DNA from: Tagaea sp.
GTDB lineage: Bacteria > Pseudomonadota > Alphaproteobacteria > CACIAM-22H2
Reading direction: 5' to 3'
NCBI GenBank assembly: GCA_965279525.1
Contig: CBDIIB010000004.1
Coordinates: 480,001-544,000 of the forward strand
Length of the DNA: 64,000 bases
Shown here: positions 1 through 10,708 of the stretch, in pieces
Layout of the letters: every line of letters begins with the position of its first letter
Position numbering within the stretch: position 1 is the stretch's first letter
The notes under the pieces: model-generated
Told to the model about the DNA's origin: nothing
Database searches by the model: none
Seen by the model: only the letters and a program-made list of their open reading frames with translations
Position numbers and translations under genes: made by a program

Positions 1-2
1 CG

Positions 3-773
3 GCGATCGAGTTCCTCGGGCTCGTGGCCACCCAGAGCCGTGCTTCGCTCGAAGGCTTTACCGGCGTGTCGCGCAAGCGCATCGAGACGCTGCCTCTGGC
101 CGCCCTCGTGCTCGAGCGCACGCTGCGCCGGATCAAGCCCGAGCGGCTTGTCTTTTCCGCCTACGGGCTGCGCGAAGGCTGCCTTTACGATTCGCTGCCC
201 GCGAAGCTCAAGCGCGTCGACCCGCTTCTGTCCGGCGCACGCGCGATGCTGGAGGGCAACCGGCGCTATAAGGTCGATCCCGAGACGCTGGCCGATTGGA
301 TCGAGCCGCTTTTCAAGGACAAGTCGCGCGCGCGCCTGCGGCTCGCGACCTGCCATCTTGCCGACATCGCGTGGAACGAGCATCCCGACCATCGCGGCGA
401 GATCGCGTTCACGCGGGCACTCTACATGCCGGTCGCCGGCATCGACCATCCGGGGCGCGCCTATGTGGCGCTGGCGCTTTTCGCGCGTTACGAAGGCCAG
501 CCCGATCCGGATACGACGCGTGCGGCCTGGTACCTGCTCGACGAGGAGAGCCTGCGCGAGGCCTATCAGCTGGGGCTGGCGCTGCGCGTCGCCTATCGCC
601 TCACCGGCGGTGCCGCATCGGTGTTCGCCCGGTGCAAGCTCAAGCTCACCGCGAAGGACATCGTGCTCGGCATTCCCAAACGCATGGGCGGCATGGTCGG
701 CGAGCTCGTTGGCCGCCGGATGGAAGCGCTGGGTCGCGCACTCGACCGCCGGCCGGTCATCAAGTTGCGCTGA
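3..773 (+). CDS. ppx: Exopolyphosphatase Ppx/GppA, C-terminal part (5' end outside window)
   Basis: FSAYGLREG motif followed by the HD-like C-terminal region (LADIAWNEHPDHRG); frame is open to the window edge. Confidence 0.9.
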   Translation, partial: AIEFLGLVATQSRASLEGFTGVSRKRIETLPLAALVLERTLRRIKPERLVFSAYGLREGCLYDSLPAKLKRVDPLLSGARAMLEGNRRYKVDPETLADWIEPLFKDKSRARLRLATCHLADIAWNEHPDHRGEIAFTRALYMPVAGIDHPGRAYVALALFARYEGQPDPDTTRAAWYLLDEESLREAYQLGLALRVAYRLTGGAASVFARCKLKLTAKDIVLGIPKRMGGMVGELVGRRMEALGRALDRRPVIKLR

Positions 774-1516
774 TGAAGCCTGTCTGCCTTCTCGTCCTGG
801 CCGCGGGCCTGGCTCTCGGCGCATGCGCGGCACGCATCGCGCCCGTGCCGCAGCCGATCGAGCGTTTCGTGTCGACGATCGATCCCGGCGGTTCGGGTCC
901 GCACGCGGCGGCGATCCTTGTTCCCGGCTGCGAGGGCGTGGGTCCCCATGTCGCGTTCGCGGCCGAACGGCTGGCACGCGAAAGCTTCGTGGTGCTGACG
1001 CTCGACTATCCGGCCGCCTACGGCCTCGATGGCGGATGCGACCGGGCGCCGGTCGATGCCATCGGCGACGACATCGCGCGCACCGCGGCCGGCCTGCGCC
1101 GCCAGGCGAATATCGATCCCGCACGGCTCCATCTGGTCGGCTGGGCGGAAGGCGGGGCAGGGATCATGGCGGCCCTCGGCAATTCCACGCGCGCGGGCCG
1201 CATCGCGGCGCGATCGGCGGCGGCGTTTTACCCGACCTGCCGGCAGATCGTCAGTTGGCGGTCCGAAATCCCGTTCCTGATGCTGCTGGCCGACAGCGAC
1301 AGCGGGACGTCGCCGCTGGATTGCGTGGCACTGACCGAGCGTTCGTCGGGAGCCGACAAGGTGCTGGCGATCCGCTACGGCGGGGCGACGAACCGCTTCG
1401 ACGTGGATACGCCCCGGCGCTTCTGGCAGTGGAACGCCGGGCGGTTCGACGCAGGCATCCGCGATGCCGCGTTCAACGACCTGCTGTCGTTCCTCGGCGT
1501 GCCGAAGGCACCCTAG
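773..1516 (+). CDS. Dienelactone-hydrolase-like alpha/beta-fold lipoprotein with degenerate catalytic motifs
   Basis: ATG overlaps the ppx stop (TGATG); lipobox LALGAC; GWAEGG, AFYPTC and YGGATNRFD at DLH-family motif positions. Confidence 0.75.
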   Translation: MKPVCLLVLAAGLALGACAARIAPVPQPIERFVSTIDPGGSGPHAAAILVPGCEGVGPHVAFAAERLARESFVVLTLDYPAAYGLDGGCDRAPVDAIGDDIARTAAGLRRQANIDPARLHLVGWAEGGAGIMAALGNSTRAGRIAARSAAAFYPTCRQIVSWRSEIPFLMLLADSDSGTSPLDCVALTERSSGADKVLAIRYGGATNRFDVDTPRRFWQWNAGRFDAGIRDAAFNDLLSFLGVPKAP

Positions 1517-2661
1517 AGCGTCAGCAGGACGATCTTCTTGCCCTTGAGGGTGAAGGCGAGCTTGCCCGTCTTCAGGTCGATGGCGGCATTGCCGAACACC
1601 TCGCGCCGCCAGCCGTTCATCGCCGGCACGTCGGCCGCGTCGTCGGCCGCGATGCGTTCGAGGTCGGCGGTATTGGCGACGAGCTTCTGCGCCACACCCT
1701 GCTCTTCGCACTTCATCTTGAGCAGCACCTTGAGAAGCTCGACGACCGGCCCAAGCCCCGGCGGCAGGTCCGGCTGGTCGGGCAGGGTCGGGATCTCGGC
1801 GGGGGCAAGCGAAAGCCCGCGCTTGACCGCATCGAGCAGGTCCTGCCCGTGCCGCCCGTCGGCGAAATTCTTCGACAGGCCCCGCATGCGCGCAAGATCG
1901 TCGAGCGTGGTGGGCGCGTGCGCGCAAAGATCGAGGATCGTTTCGTCGCGGACGACGCGGTTGCGCGGCGTGTCGCGGCGCTGGGCCTCGCGCTCGCGCC
2001 ACGCGCAGACTTCCTTCATCACGGCGAGGAACTTGGGCTTGGCGCCGCGCGGGCGCATGCGCCGCCACACTTCCTCGGGATCGACCTTGTAGGTGGCGGG
2101 GTCGAGGAGGGTGGCCATCTCCTCTTGCAGCCAGCCGGCACGCCCGTTGGCCGCCAGCTTGCGCGCCAGCGCCTCGTAGGCCGGGCGCAGATGCGTGACG
2201 TCCGACAGGGCGTAGGTGACCTGGCGTTCGGACAGCGGGCGCTGGGCCCAGTCGGTGAAGCGCACCGACTTGTCGATGCGTGCACGGGCGAGCTGGGCGG
2301 CAAGGGTCTCGTAGCTGACCTGGTCGCCGAAGCCGCAGACCATCGCGGCGACCTGGGTATCGAACAGCGGCGAGGGGACGCGGCCGGCCAGATTGAAGAA
2401 GATTTCCAGGTCCTGGCGGGCGGCATGGAAGACCTTGAGGATCCCCGGCTCGTCCATCAGCGCAAGCAGCGGTGCCAAGTCGAGCCCGGGGGCGAGCGCG
2501 TCGATGACGGCCGCATCGTCGGGTCCTGCGACCTGGACAAGGCAGAGCTGCGGATAATAGGTCCGGTCCCGCATGAACTCGGTATCCACGGTGACGTAGC
2601 TCGACCGGGAAACCTTGGCGCAGAATGCCGCCAGATCGGCGGACTCGGAAATCAACGTCAT
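1513..2661 (-). CDS. rnd: Ribonuclease D
   Basis: VDTEFMR...YYPQLCLVQ, KVFHAARQDLE, FDTQVAA, YALSDV and HRDC-like region; divergent from aspS. Confidence 0.95.
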   Translation of the reverse strand: MTLISESADLAAFCAKVSRSSYVTVDTEFMRDRTYYPQLCLVQVAGPDDAAVIDALAPGLDLAPLLALMDEPGILKVFHAARQDLEIFFNLAGRVPSPLFDTQVAAMVCGFGDQVSYETLAAQLARARIDKSVRFTDWAQRPLSERQVTYALSDVTHLRPAYEALARKLAANGRAGWLQEEMATLLDPATYKVDPEEVWRRMRPRGAKPKFLAVMKEVCAWREREAQRRDTPRNRVVRDETILDLCAHAPTTLDDLARMRGLSKNFADGRHGQDLLDAVKRGLSLAPAEIPTLPDQPDLPPGLGPVVELLKVLLKMKCEEQGVAQKLVANTADLERIAADDAADVPAMNGWRREVFGNAAIDLKTGKLAFTLKGKKIVLLTL

Positions 2662-2778
2662 TCCCACTGGTTACACCTCATTCGCACCCCCCTCAAGGAC
2701 GAAACCCCGAGGGGTTGACAAGCAGGGGCGCGACATGCGCCTTTTCCCCCCGGATTTGCTTCAAGGAATCGCCCCTCC

Positions 2779-4569
2779 ATGCACGCCTATCGCACCCACA
2801 CTTGCGGCCAGCTTCGCCGCGAGAACGTCGACCAGACCGTCCGCCTCTCCGGCTGGGTCCATCGCAAGCGGGACCACGGCCAGCTGCTGTTCGTCGACCT
2901 CCGCGACCATTACGGCATCACCCAGTGTGTGCTCGACACGTCGAGCCCGCTTTTCGCCGCCGTCGAGGGATTCCGCCCCGAAAGCGTGATCACGGTCACC
3001 GGCCGGGTCGTCGCGCGCATCGCCGAGACGGTCAATTCCAAGCTGCCGACCGGCGAGATCGAAGTGCGCGTCGACGAAGTGACGCTCCAGTCCGCTTCCG
3101 AAGTGCTGCCCTTCCAGGTGGCGCAGGAGGAGGACTATCCCGAGGAGATGCGCCTCAAGTACCGCTTCCTCGACCTGCGCTCGGAGCGCCTGCACGCCAA
3201 TATCGTGCTGCGTTCGAACGTCATCGCGTCGATCCGCCGGCGCATGATCGAGCAGGGTTTCACCGAATTCCAGACGCCGATCCTGACCTCGTCCTCGCCG
3301 GAGGGAGCGCGCGACTATCTGGTGCCCTCGCGCCTGCATCCGGGCAAGTTCTACGCGTTGCCGCAGGCCCCGCAGCAGTTCAAGCAGCTGCTGATGGTCT
3401 CCGGCTTCGACCGCTATTTCCAGATCGCCCCCTGCTTCCGCGACGAGGATGCCCGCGCCGACCGTAGCCCGGGCGAGTTCTACCAGCTCGACTTCGAGAT
3501 GAGCTTCGTGACGCAGGAAGACGTGTTCGACGCGATCGAACCCGTGCTGGCCGGCGTGTTCCGCGAGTTCGCGCGCGGCCGAAAGGTCGACGACGGCCGC
3601 TTCCCGCGCATCCCCTACGACGAATCGATGCTGAAATACGGATCGGACAAGCCGGACTTGCGCAATCCGCTGGTCATCGCGGATGTCACGTCGGTGTTCG
3701 CCGGATCCGACTTCAAGGTGTTTTCGGGCATCGCCGCCGCAGGCGGGACCGTGCGCGCGATCCCGGCACCCAAGACCGCCGACCGCCCGCGCAGCTTCTT
3801 CGACAAGATGAACGCCTGGGCGCAGGGCGAGGGGGCACCCGGCCTCGGCTACATCGTGTTCGAGGGCGAACAGGCCAAGGGGCCGATCGCCAAGTTCCTC
3901 GATGCCGACCGGATGGCGAAGCTCAAGGCGGCGGCCGGCGTGGGGCCGGGCGATGCCGTGTTCTTCGTCGCCGACAAGAAGCCGCTGGCGGCAGCCAAGC
4001 TTGCCGGTGCCGCCCGCCGCAAGCTCGGCGAGGAGCTCGAGCTGATCGCACCGGGCACGTTCCGCTTCTGCTGGATCGTCGACTTCCCGATGTACGAACT
4101 CGACGAGGAGACGGGCAAGATCGACTTCAGCCACAATCCGTTCTCGATGCCGCAGGGTGGCCTCGAAGCGCTGACGACCAAGGATCCGCTGACGATCAAG
4201 GCGTTCCAGTACGACATCGTGTGCAACGGCGTCGAACTGTCCTCGGGTGCCATCCGCAACCATCTGCCGGAGATCATGTACAAGGCGTTCGAGATCGCCG
4301 GCTACACGCAGGCCGACGTCGAGACACGCTTTGGCGGCATGCTGAACGCGTTCAAGTTCGGTGCCCCGCCGCACGGCGGTTCGGCGCCCGGGATCGACCG
4401 CATCGTCATGCTGCTGGCCGACGAGCCGAACATCCGCGAGGTTGTCGCTTTCCCGATGACGCAGGGGGCCGTCGATCTGCTGATGCAGGCGCCAAATTCG
4501 GTCGATCCGGCCCGCCTCAAGGAGCTGCACATCAAGCACGAGCTGCCGCCGGCCAAGAAAAAGGACTGA
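2779..4569 (+). CDS. aspS: Aspartate--tRNA ligase (probably non-discriminating Asp/Asn)
   Basis: YRTHTCG, RDHG (His typical of non-discriminating AspRS), PEGARDY, CFRDED, GAPPHGG. Confidence 0.97.
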   Translation: MHAYRTHTCGQLRRENVDQTVRLSGWVHRKRDHGQLLFVDLRDHYGITQCVLDTSSPLFAAVEGFRPESVITVTGRVVARIAETVNSKLPTGEIEVRVDEVTLQSASEVLPFQVAQEEDYPEEMRLKYRFLDLRSERLHANIVLRSNVIASIRRRMIEQGFTEFQTPILTSSSPEGARDYLVPSRLHPGKFYALPQAPQQFKQLLMVSGFDRYFQIAPCFRDEDARADRSPGEFYQLDFEMSFVTQEDVFDAIEPVLAGVFREFARGRKVDDGRFPRIPYDESMLKYGSDKPDLRNPLVIADVTSVFAGSDFKVFSGIAAAGGTVRAIPAPKTADRPRSFFDKMNAWAQGEGAPGLGYIVFEGEQAKGPIAKFLDADRMAKLKAAAGVGPGDAVFFVADKKPLAAAKLAGAARRKLGEELELIAPGTFRFCWIVDFPMYELDEETGKIDFSHNPFSMPQGGLEALTTKDPLTIKAFQYDIVCNGVELSSGAIRNHLPEIMYKAFEIAGYTQADVETRFGGMLNAFKFGAPPHGGSAPGIDRIVMLLADEPNIREVVAFPMTQGAVDLLMQAPNSVDPARLKELHIKHELPPAKKKD

Positions 4570-4649
4570 CCGGGGCCGCCCGCCCGGACTGGCAATCGGC
4601 CCTTATTGCGCCATATTGGTGCCGGAAAGTGTCGATCCTGGAGCCCCGA

Positions 4650-5441
4650 ATGCGCCTGACACGTCTCTGCACCGCAATTGCCGCAGCGCTGCTTTTCAGC
4701 GCGTCCGCGCATGCGCAGACGATCGCCCCGCATCGCGCCGCCTATTCGCTGTCGCTTGGCGAAGGCCGCAGCGGCGGCGTGGGGTCGATCGACGGCGCGC
4801 TCGTGATCGACTGGGGCGAGGTGTGCGAAGGCTGGACGATTTCCCAGCGCATGCGCTTCCGCATGAGCGGCGGCGCCGGCGGCGACGTCGATTCGGACAT
4901 TTCCTTCTCGAGTTTCGAATCGCGCGACGGGCGCAACTATCGCTTTTCGCTGCGCACCTCGCGCGACGGCGAGGTGGTGGAAGACCTGCGCGGCCGGGCG
5001 GAGCTCGATCCCGACAAGGGCGGCATGGCCGAATTCTCGACCCCCGACACGACGATCGTGCTGCCGCCGGGCACGATGTTCCCGACGGCGCATTCGCTGC
5101 TGCTGATCAATCTCGCCGAAGGCGGGGAGCGTCTCGTCACGCGCGCGGTGTTCGACGGGGCGACGCTCGACGGCGCGCTCGACGTGTCCGCGATCATCGG
5201 CGACCGGACGCCGGTCGATCCGAAGCTTGCCGCACGCGCGCCTGCCGTGGGTGCGCGCCCGAGCTGGCGCGTGCGCATGGCGTACTTCAATCCCGACGAC
5301 AAGTCGGGTACGCCCACCTATGAAACGTCGATGCGCATGCTGGACAACGCGGTCGCGTCCGAATACTCGTTCGAGTATCCGGAATTCAGCATCCGCGCGA
5401 AACTCGAACGCCTCGACGCGCTCCCGAAGCCGAACTGCTGA
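4650..5441 (+). CDS. eipB: Cell envelope integrity protein, EipB family (DUF1849)
   Basis: Signal peptide followed by PHRAAYSLSL; CEGWT, FPTAH, FDG; terminal Cys. Confidence 0.85.
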   Translation: MRLTRLCTAIAAALLFSASAHAQTIAPHRAAYSLSLGEGRSGGVGSIDGALVIDWGEVCEGWTISQRMRFRMSGGAGGDVDSDISFSSFESRDGRNYRFSLRTSRDGEVVEDLRGRAELDPDKGGMAEFSTPDTTIVLPPGTMFPTAHSLLLINLAEGGERLVTRAVFDGATLDGALDVSAIIGDRTPVDPKLAARAPAVGARPSWRVRMAYFNPDDKSGTPTYETSMRMLDNAVASEYSFEYPEFSIRAKLERLDALPKPNC

Positions 5442-5451
5442 TCGCCAGGGG

Positions 5452-6360
5452 TCAGGCCGGCCAGAGCCAGGCCGCGCCGCGCACGCCGCTTGAATCGCCG
5501 TGCAAGTTGCGCACGAGGCGTGTGGCGATCGTATCGGAAAAGACGAACTTCGCGAGCAGGGACGGGACGGTCTCGTAGAGATAGTCGAGATTCGAAAGCC
5601 CGCCACCCAGCACGATCACTTCCGGATCGAAGATATTGATGACGGTTCCGAGTGCCCGCGCGAGCCTGTCCGCGTAGCGCGCCAGCGTGGCGCGCGCGTC
5701 GGCATCGCCGGCGGCTGCGGTTTCCACGATCTCGCGCGTCGTGCATTTGCGCCCGGTCGCGGCAAGATGGTCGCGTGCCAGGCTCGGACCGGACAGGAAC
5801 GATTCGATGCAGCCGCTCCGTCCGCAATAGCATTGCGGACCGGGCCGCTCGTCGCGGCCATCGATGATGCGGGGTGCGGGCAGGGGATTGTGGCCCCATT
5901 CGCCGGCGATACTGTTGATGCCGACGATCGGCCGCCCTTCATAGACCAGCCCACCGCCCACGCCCGTTCCGATGATGACCCCGAAGACGCTTCGCGCCCC
6001 GGCTGCGGCACCGTCGCTGGCTTCGGACAGGACGAAACAGTCGGCGTCGTTGGCGATGCGGACCGGTCGGCCGATCGCAGCCGCAAGGTCCCTGTCCAGC
6101 GGATGTCCGATCAGCCAGACCGAATTCGCGTTCTTGACCAGACCGGTTGCCGGCGAAATGGTGCCCGGAATGCCGACCCCGACCGACGGGGCGAGCCCGA
6201 GTTCGGCGTCGGCCGAGCGGACCAACTCCGCGAGTGCGGTAACCGTCGCATTGTAGTCGCCCTGGGGGCTGGCGACGCGCCGGCGAAGCCGCAGCGAACC
6301 GTCGTCGGCAAGGGCGGCAATTTCGATTTTGGTGCCGCCGAGATCGATCCCGTATCGCAT
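5452..6360 (-). CDS. ROK family sugar kinase (fructokinase/Mak-like)
   Basis: [34 protein letters not shown]. Confidence 0.92.
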   Translation of the reverse strand: MRYGIDLGGTKIEIAALADDGSLRLRRRVASPQGDYNATVTALAELVRSADAELGLAPSVGVGIPGTISPATGLVKNANSVWLIGHPLDRDLAAAIGRPVRIANDADCFVLSEASDGAAAGARSVFGVIIGTGVGGGLVYEGRPIVGINSIAGEWGHNPLPAPRIIDGRDERPGPQCYCGRSGCIESFLSGPSLARDHLAATGRKCTTREIVETAAAGDADARATLARYADRLARALGTVINIFDPEVIVLGGGLSNLDYLYETVPSLLAKFVFSDTIATRLVRNLHGDSSGVRGAAWLWPA

Positions 6361-6379
6361 ACGCCTTACAAACTCCAAC

Positions 6380-6395
6380 TTAATATCAGCTTAAC
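6380..6395 (+). promoter_or_regulatory. CtrA binding box upstream of divK-pleD
   Basis: TTAA-TATCAGC-TTAAC, an exact TTAA-N7-TTAAC match about 120 bp before the divK start. Confidence 0.85.
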
Positions 6396-6513
6396 GCTGG
6401 GGCCGTTTCGTGTGGATTTACAGGCTAGTGCGAAGATGCAGGAACATGCTAAATCAACGTCATTGGCCCTTTACCACTCCTGCGGACGGGCCGAAAGCGA
6501 GCTGTGTGAGGCG

Positions 6514-6879
6514 ATGGCAAAAACCGTCCTGATCGTGGAAGACAACGAGCTGAACATCAAGCTCTTCAACGATTTGCTTGAAGCCCATGGCTACGCCACG
6601 CTGCAGACCAAGGACGGCATCGAGGCCATGAAGATGGCCCGCCAGCACCGCCCGGACCTGATCCTGATGGACATCCAGCTTCCCGAGGTCTCGGGTCTGG
6701 AAGTCACGAAGTGGCTCAAGGAAGACCCGGACCTGCGCGGAATTCCGGTCGTCGCCGTCACGGCATTCGCCATGAAGGGCGACGAAGACAAGATCCGTCA
6801 GGGCGGCTGCGAGGCCTATATCGCAAAGCCGATTTCGGTCGCCAAGTTCCTGGAAACCATCCAGCGCTTCCTGAATTGA
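6514..6879 (+). CDS. divK: Cell-cycle single-domain response regulator DivK
   Basis: [14 protein letters not shown]...[11 protein letters not shown]...TAFAMKGDE...[10 protein letters not shown]; immediately upstream of pleD. Confidence 0.96.
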   Translation: MAKTVLIVEDNELNIKLFNDLLEAHGYATLQTKDGIEAMKMARQHRPDLILMDIQLPEVSGLEVTKWLKEDPDLRGIPVVAVTAFAMKGDEDKIRQGGCEAYIAKPISVAKFLETIQRFLN

Positions 6880-6904
6880 AGGGCGCTAGTCGAGGCGGTT
6901 TGTC

Positions 6905-8287
6905 ATGACGGCGCGCGTTCTCGTTGTCGATGACGTGCTTCCGAACGTCAAGCTGCTCGAAGCGCGCCTCAGCTCGGAATACTTCCACGTCATGACCGCC
7001 TATGGCGGCCAGGAAGCGCTCGACAAGGCGTTCCTCAATCCGCCCGACATCGTCCTGCTCGACGTGATGATGCCGCAGATGGACGGCTTCGAGGCCTGCC
7101 GGCGCCTCAAGGCCGATCCGCGCACCTGCCACGTTCCCGTCATCATGGTGACGGCGCTGTCCGCGAGCGAGGACCGCGTGCGCGGCCTCGAGGCCGGCGC
7201 CGACGATTTCCTCACAAAGCCGGTGCGCGATGTCGCGCTCTATGCCCGCATCCGTTCGCTGGTCCGTCTCAAGATGCTGGCCGACGAATGGCGCCTGCGC
7301 AGCGCCACGTCCGGCCGGTTCGGCATGGCGGACGACAGTGCCACGATCCAGGGCGAGATTTCGACCAAGGGTGCTCGGCTGCTGGTGGTGGACGAACAGC
7401 CGGGCCTGACGCGCATGCTCACGCAGAACCTGAAGGGCGAGGATGCCGCCGTCGAGGTGACGGCCGACCCGGCCGACGCGCTCCAGCGGGCCAACCAGTC
7501 GGTCTACGACACGATCATCATCAACACGCTGATGCGCAAGGTCGACGCGCTGCGCCTTTGCGCCGAACTGCGCTCGGGCGAACACACGCGCCAGATGCCG
7601 CTGATGGCCGTGATCGAGGACGGGGACGACGCGCGGCTGGCGCGCGTCCTCGATATCGGCGTCAACGACTACCTGCTCACGCCGGTCGAATCCAACGAGC
7701 TGGTGGCGCGCGTGCGCACGCAGATCCGCCGGCGCCGCTACATGGAGGCCCTGCGCCACAACTACGAGCGCAACATGGCGCTGGCGCTGACGGACGCGCT
7801 GACCGGGCTGCACAACCGGCGCTACATGGAAGCGCATATGGGCAATCTTGCCCAGCGTGCGACGCATTCCGAGCGCACGATGGCGCTGCTGATGATCGAT
7901 ATCGACCACTTCAAGACGGTCAACGACAATTACGGTCACCCGGTCGGCGACCAGGTGCTGCGGGCCGTCGCCGAACGCCTGCAGCACAACGTGCGTCCGT
8001 TCGACACGGTCGCGCGCTGGGGCGGCGAAGAATTCATGGTGGTGATGCCCGAGGCCGACGACAAGGTCGGCCGGGTGGTTGCCGAACGCCTGCGCTCGAA
8101 GGTCGAGCAGGCGCCGATCGTCGTCAACCATCCCGTCGGCAGCATCGCGATCACGATCAGCGTCGGGATCGCCGCAAGCAAGCCCAAGGGCTTCGATCCG
8201 GCCGAGTTGATTCAGGCGGCGGACGCGGCACTTTATCGGGCCAAACAGGCGGGCCGGAACCGGTCCGAGTCTTCGGAAGAGGGCTGA
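6905..8287 (+). CDS. pleD: PleD response-regulator diguanylate cyclase (REC-REC-GGDEF)
   Basis: MTARVLVVDD, LLDVMMP, second degenerate REC domain, RPFD I-site plus GGEEF. Confidence 0.95.
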   Translation: MTARVLVVDDVLPNVKLLEARLSSEYFHVMTAYGGQEALDKAFLNPPDIVLLDVMMPQMDGFEACRRLKADPRTCHVPVIMVTALSASEDRVRGLEAGADDFLTKPVRDVALYARIRSLVRLKMLADEWRLRSATSGRFGMADDSATIQGEISTKGARLLVVDEQPGLTRMLTQNLKGEDAAVEVTADPADALQRANQSVYDTIIINTLMRKVDALRLCAELRSGEHTRQMPLMAVIEDGDDARLARVLDIGVNDYLLTPVESNELVARVRTQIRRRRYMEALRHNYERNMALALTDALTGLHNRRYMEAHMGNLAQRATHSERTMALLMIDIDHFKTVNDNYGHPVGDQVLRAVAERLQHNVRPFDTVARWGGEEFMVVMPEADDKVGRVVAERLRSKVEQAPIVVNHPVGSIAITISVGIAASKPKGFDPAELIQAADAALYRAKQAGRNRSESSEEG

Positions 8288-8292
8288 AAACG

Positions 8293-8324
8293 AAAAACCG
8301 GGCTGCCGTCGCCGGCACCCGGTT
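8293..8324 (-). terminator. Rho-independent terminator after rpmG (between convergent pleD and rpmG)
   Basis: AACCGGG-C-TGCCG/CGGCA-CCCGGTT stem preceded by an A-run on the plus strand. Confidence 0.6.
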
Positions 8325-8365
8325 GCTCCGTCACCGGCGGCCCCCCCGAGGGGCCGCGGCACCGT

Positions 8366-8533
8366 TTACTTGATCTTGCCTTCCTTGAAGACCACGTGCT
8401 TGCGCGCGACGGGGTCGTACTTCTTGAGCTCGAGCTTTTCCGTCGTCTTGCGCGGATTCTTCTTGGTCACATAGAAGAAGCCGGTGTCGGCGGTGCTGTT
8501 GAGCTTGATGAGCATCGGCTTGGACTTGGCCAT
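8366..8533 (-). CDS. rpmG: 50S ribosomal protein L33 (not in the ORF track)
   Basis: Manual translation: [55 protein letters not shown] (55 aa). Confidence 0.97.
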   Translation of the reverse strand: MAKSKPMLIKLNSTADTGFFYVTKKNPRKTTEKLELKKYDPVARKHVVFKEGKIK

Positions 8534-8575
8534 GGATGGGCCCTCGAAACTGGAGAATTCGTTAATCGGGCCGGG

Positions 8576-8603
8576 ACAATAGCGCCCGGACAGGGGTTGT
8601 CAA
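8576..8603 (-). promoter_or_regulatory. Putative sigma70 promoter of rpmG
   Basis: Minus strand TTGACA-N16-TATTGT, about 45 bp upstream of the start. Confidence 0.55.
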
Positions 8604-8608
8604 GCCGG

Positions 8609-10195
8609 CTACTTGAGCAAGGCCGCCTGCTGGACGGACTGGAGGGTCCGCGAGAACATCGCGGGATCGCGCAGCAGGGCCGTTGCGATGGCCACTTCGC
8701 CGTCCCGGCTGGCGCTGTCGGGGGGGCAGATCTCCCGCAAGCTCTTGAGACCGGCCATGTTCGCGTGGTCGGCGGCCCGCCAGCGGACCATCGTCGCGGC
8801 GTCCGTCAGCCGGCCGCTGCGCACGGCCGCCAGCGCGTCCGCCACGCTGTCGCTGCGCCCGGAGGTGCAATAGGCCGGAATGACCCCGAGGTCGGCCAGC
8901 GGATAGCCCGACGGGGCATGGAACCGGGCCCAGGTGATGACCAGTTCGCCGTCGTTGGGCATCTGGACCAGCGTCTGGACCGATCCCTTGCCGAACGACG
9001 TCGTTCCCACGACGATCGCGCGCCCGTTGTCCTGGAGAGCGGCGGCGACGATCTCGGATGCGGAGGCCGACTGGCCGTTGACCAGCACGACGAGCGGGAC
9101 GTCCTCGCCGACATCGCCCGGCTGGGCGGTCATGCTCTGGTGGCTGGCACGATGGCGGCCGCGCGTCGACACGATGATGCCCTGGGAAAGGAACAGGTCC
9201 GACACGCCGACGGCCTGGTCGAGCAGTCCGCCCAAGTTGCCGCGCAGGTCGAGGATCATGCCGCGCATGGCGGGCTTGATCTCGACCTTGGCGCGGCGGA
9301 TCGCGTCGGCAAGCGCTTCGGTGGTGCGCTGGTTGAAGCCCGAGACCTTGACGTAGGCGAGATCGCCGTCGCGCCGGTAGGTCACGGTCGGCGGAACGAT
9401 GTGGCCGCGCAGCAGGCGCATCTCGGTGGCGCGCTCGGAAGGCGGCCGGCGCACCTCGAGACGCAGCTCGGTGCCGACGGGCCCTCGCAGGCGCGCGATC
9501 ACGTCGCGTTCGGAAAGACCGAGAAGTGAGCGGCCGTCGACCGCCACCAGACGGTCGCCGACGCGCAGGCCCGCGCGCGCGGCCGGAGTCTCCGGCGAGA
9601 CGATGTCGACTCGTGTTTCGCCGTTCTCGAATCCGACGGTCACCCCGATGCCGCCGAAGCCGTCGCGCACGGCACGGCTTTCTCGCGCGCGATCGGGATC
9701 GTCGTAGCGGGTGTAGGCGTCGAGCTTGGAAAGCGATCCGTCCATGAACGCGCGGAAGACGCGGTCGTTCGGCGTGTCGCGCAGCACGGTGGAGACGCTG
9801 CGCGCGGAATCGACCGCCTGTGCCGTCGCCGAAGCCCAGCGCTGGACGTCGTCGCGCCGGGGCAACTCGAAGCCGCCGGCAAGCGTTTCGCCGTCGTAGA
9901 GGTCGATGCGCGTGTCGGACTGCCGCACGGAAATGCGCGTATCGATCTTGCTGAGGTTCGCAAGGCCGGCGATCGCGAGCGTCGAGAGGTCGACGGGCTG
10001 GATATAGCGCGACGAAAGCTCGTCGTAGGCACGCTGGTAGAAATTGGCGGGCGTGGTCGCCGCCGACTGGCCGTACGAGGGCGCCGGCCGGGCGGCCTCG
10101 CGCGGTCCGGCACACGCGGTCGCGAAGACGACGAGCGTCGCGATCAGGGCGCCAAGGCGGGGTGCGCGTCGGGTGGTTGAACGGCGCATGGACAT
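8609..10195 (-). CDS. S41 family C-terminal processing protease (PDZ), probable lipoprotein
   Basis: FGGIG PDZ motif, LDLRGNLGG, SASASEIVA (Ser), FGKGSVQ (Lys); lipobox FATAC. Confidence 0.9.
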   Translation of the reverse strand: MSMRRSTTRRAPRLGALIATLVVFATACAGPREAARPAPSYGQSAATTPANFYQRAYDELSSRYIQPVDLSTLAIAGLANLSKIDTRISVRQSDTRIDLYDGETLAGGFELPRRDDVQRWASATAQAVDSARSVSTVLRDTPNDRVFRAFMDGSLSKLDAYTRYDDPDRARESRAVRDGFGGIGVTVGFENGETRVDIVSPETPAARAGLRVGDRLVAVDGRSLLGLSERDVIARLRGPVGTELRLEVRRPPSERATEMRLLRGHIVPPTVTYRRDGDLAYVKVSGFNQRTTEALADAIRRAKVEIKPAMRGMILDLRGNLGGLLDQAVGVSDLFLSQGIIVSTRGRHRASHQSMTAQPGDVGEDVPLVVLVNGQSASASEIVAAALQDNGRAIVVGTTSFGKGSVQTLVQMPNDGELVITWARFHAPSGYPLADLGVIPAYCTSGRSDSVADALAAVRSGRLTDAATMVRWRAADHANMAGLKSLREICPPDSASRDGEVAIATALLRDPAMFSRTLQSVQQAALLK

Positions 10196-10201
10196 TCGCG
10201 C

Positions 10202-10588
10202 TCAGCTCCGCGTGTGGTTCGCCCACATCACGCCGAGAACCGCACCCTTGACCGGGCGCAGCAGGGCGAGCGTGAGGAATAGCGTGAGCGGCAACCAGAG
10301 GGCCGCCTGTCCCCACAACGGAAGCAGCACGTACTTGTCGAGCATCAGCATCGCGCCGACGATGATGTGTCCGACGATGAAGATCGTGAAATAGGGCGGT
10401 GCATCGTCGGCACGGTAGGTGTCGAGCGCGTGCCCGCAGGACGTGCAGGCCGGCCGGATCTTGAGATAGCCGTCGAAGACAGCACCCGTTCCGCAGTTCG
10501 GGCAGCGCCCGCCCGCACCCCGGCGCATCCCGACGGCCCAGGACCGTGGCGGCTCGGTGACAGCGTCATTGGGCGGTGAAAAAGGCAT
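10202..10588 (-). CDS. DUF983 domain membrane protein
   Basis: RCPNCG...CTSCG...RADDAPPYFTIFIVGH and LLRPVKG; AGGAG RBS. Confidence 0.9.
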   Translation of the reverse strand: MPFSPPNDAVTEPPRSWAVGMRRGAGGRCPNCGTGAVFDGYLKIRPACTSCGHALDTYRADDAPPYFTIFIVGHIIVGAMLMLDKYVLLPLWGQAALWLPLTLFLTLALLRPVKGAVLGVMWANHTRS

Positions 10589-10708
10589 GAAATGAAGCTC
10601 CTGACCCCCATAATATAGAAAGGACTACATGAAGATATGCTTACCGGAATCCGGGCAACAGTCCGGACCGGCATTGCGGCATTCCTGCAACAGTCCCTTG
10701 GAGACCGT

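Noticed and set aside
40-2718. 892-aa ORF and the many other long overlapping ORFs (e.g. 13339-16236, 16002-19175, 26141-28108, 55665-57851)
   Set aside because: Shadow frames of well-supported genes in high-GC DNA; Arg/Ala/Pro-rich with no recognisable motifs
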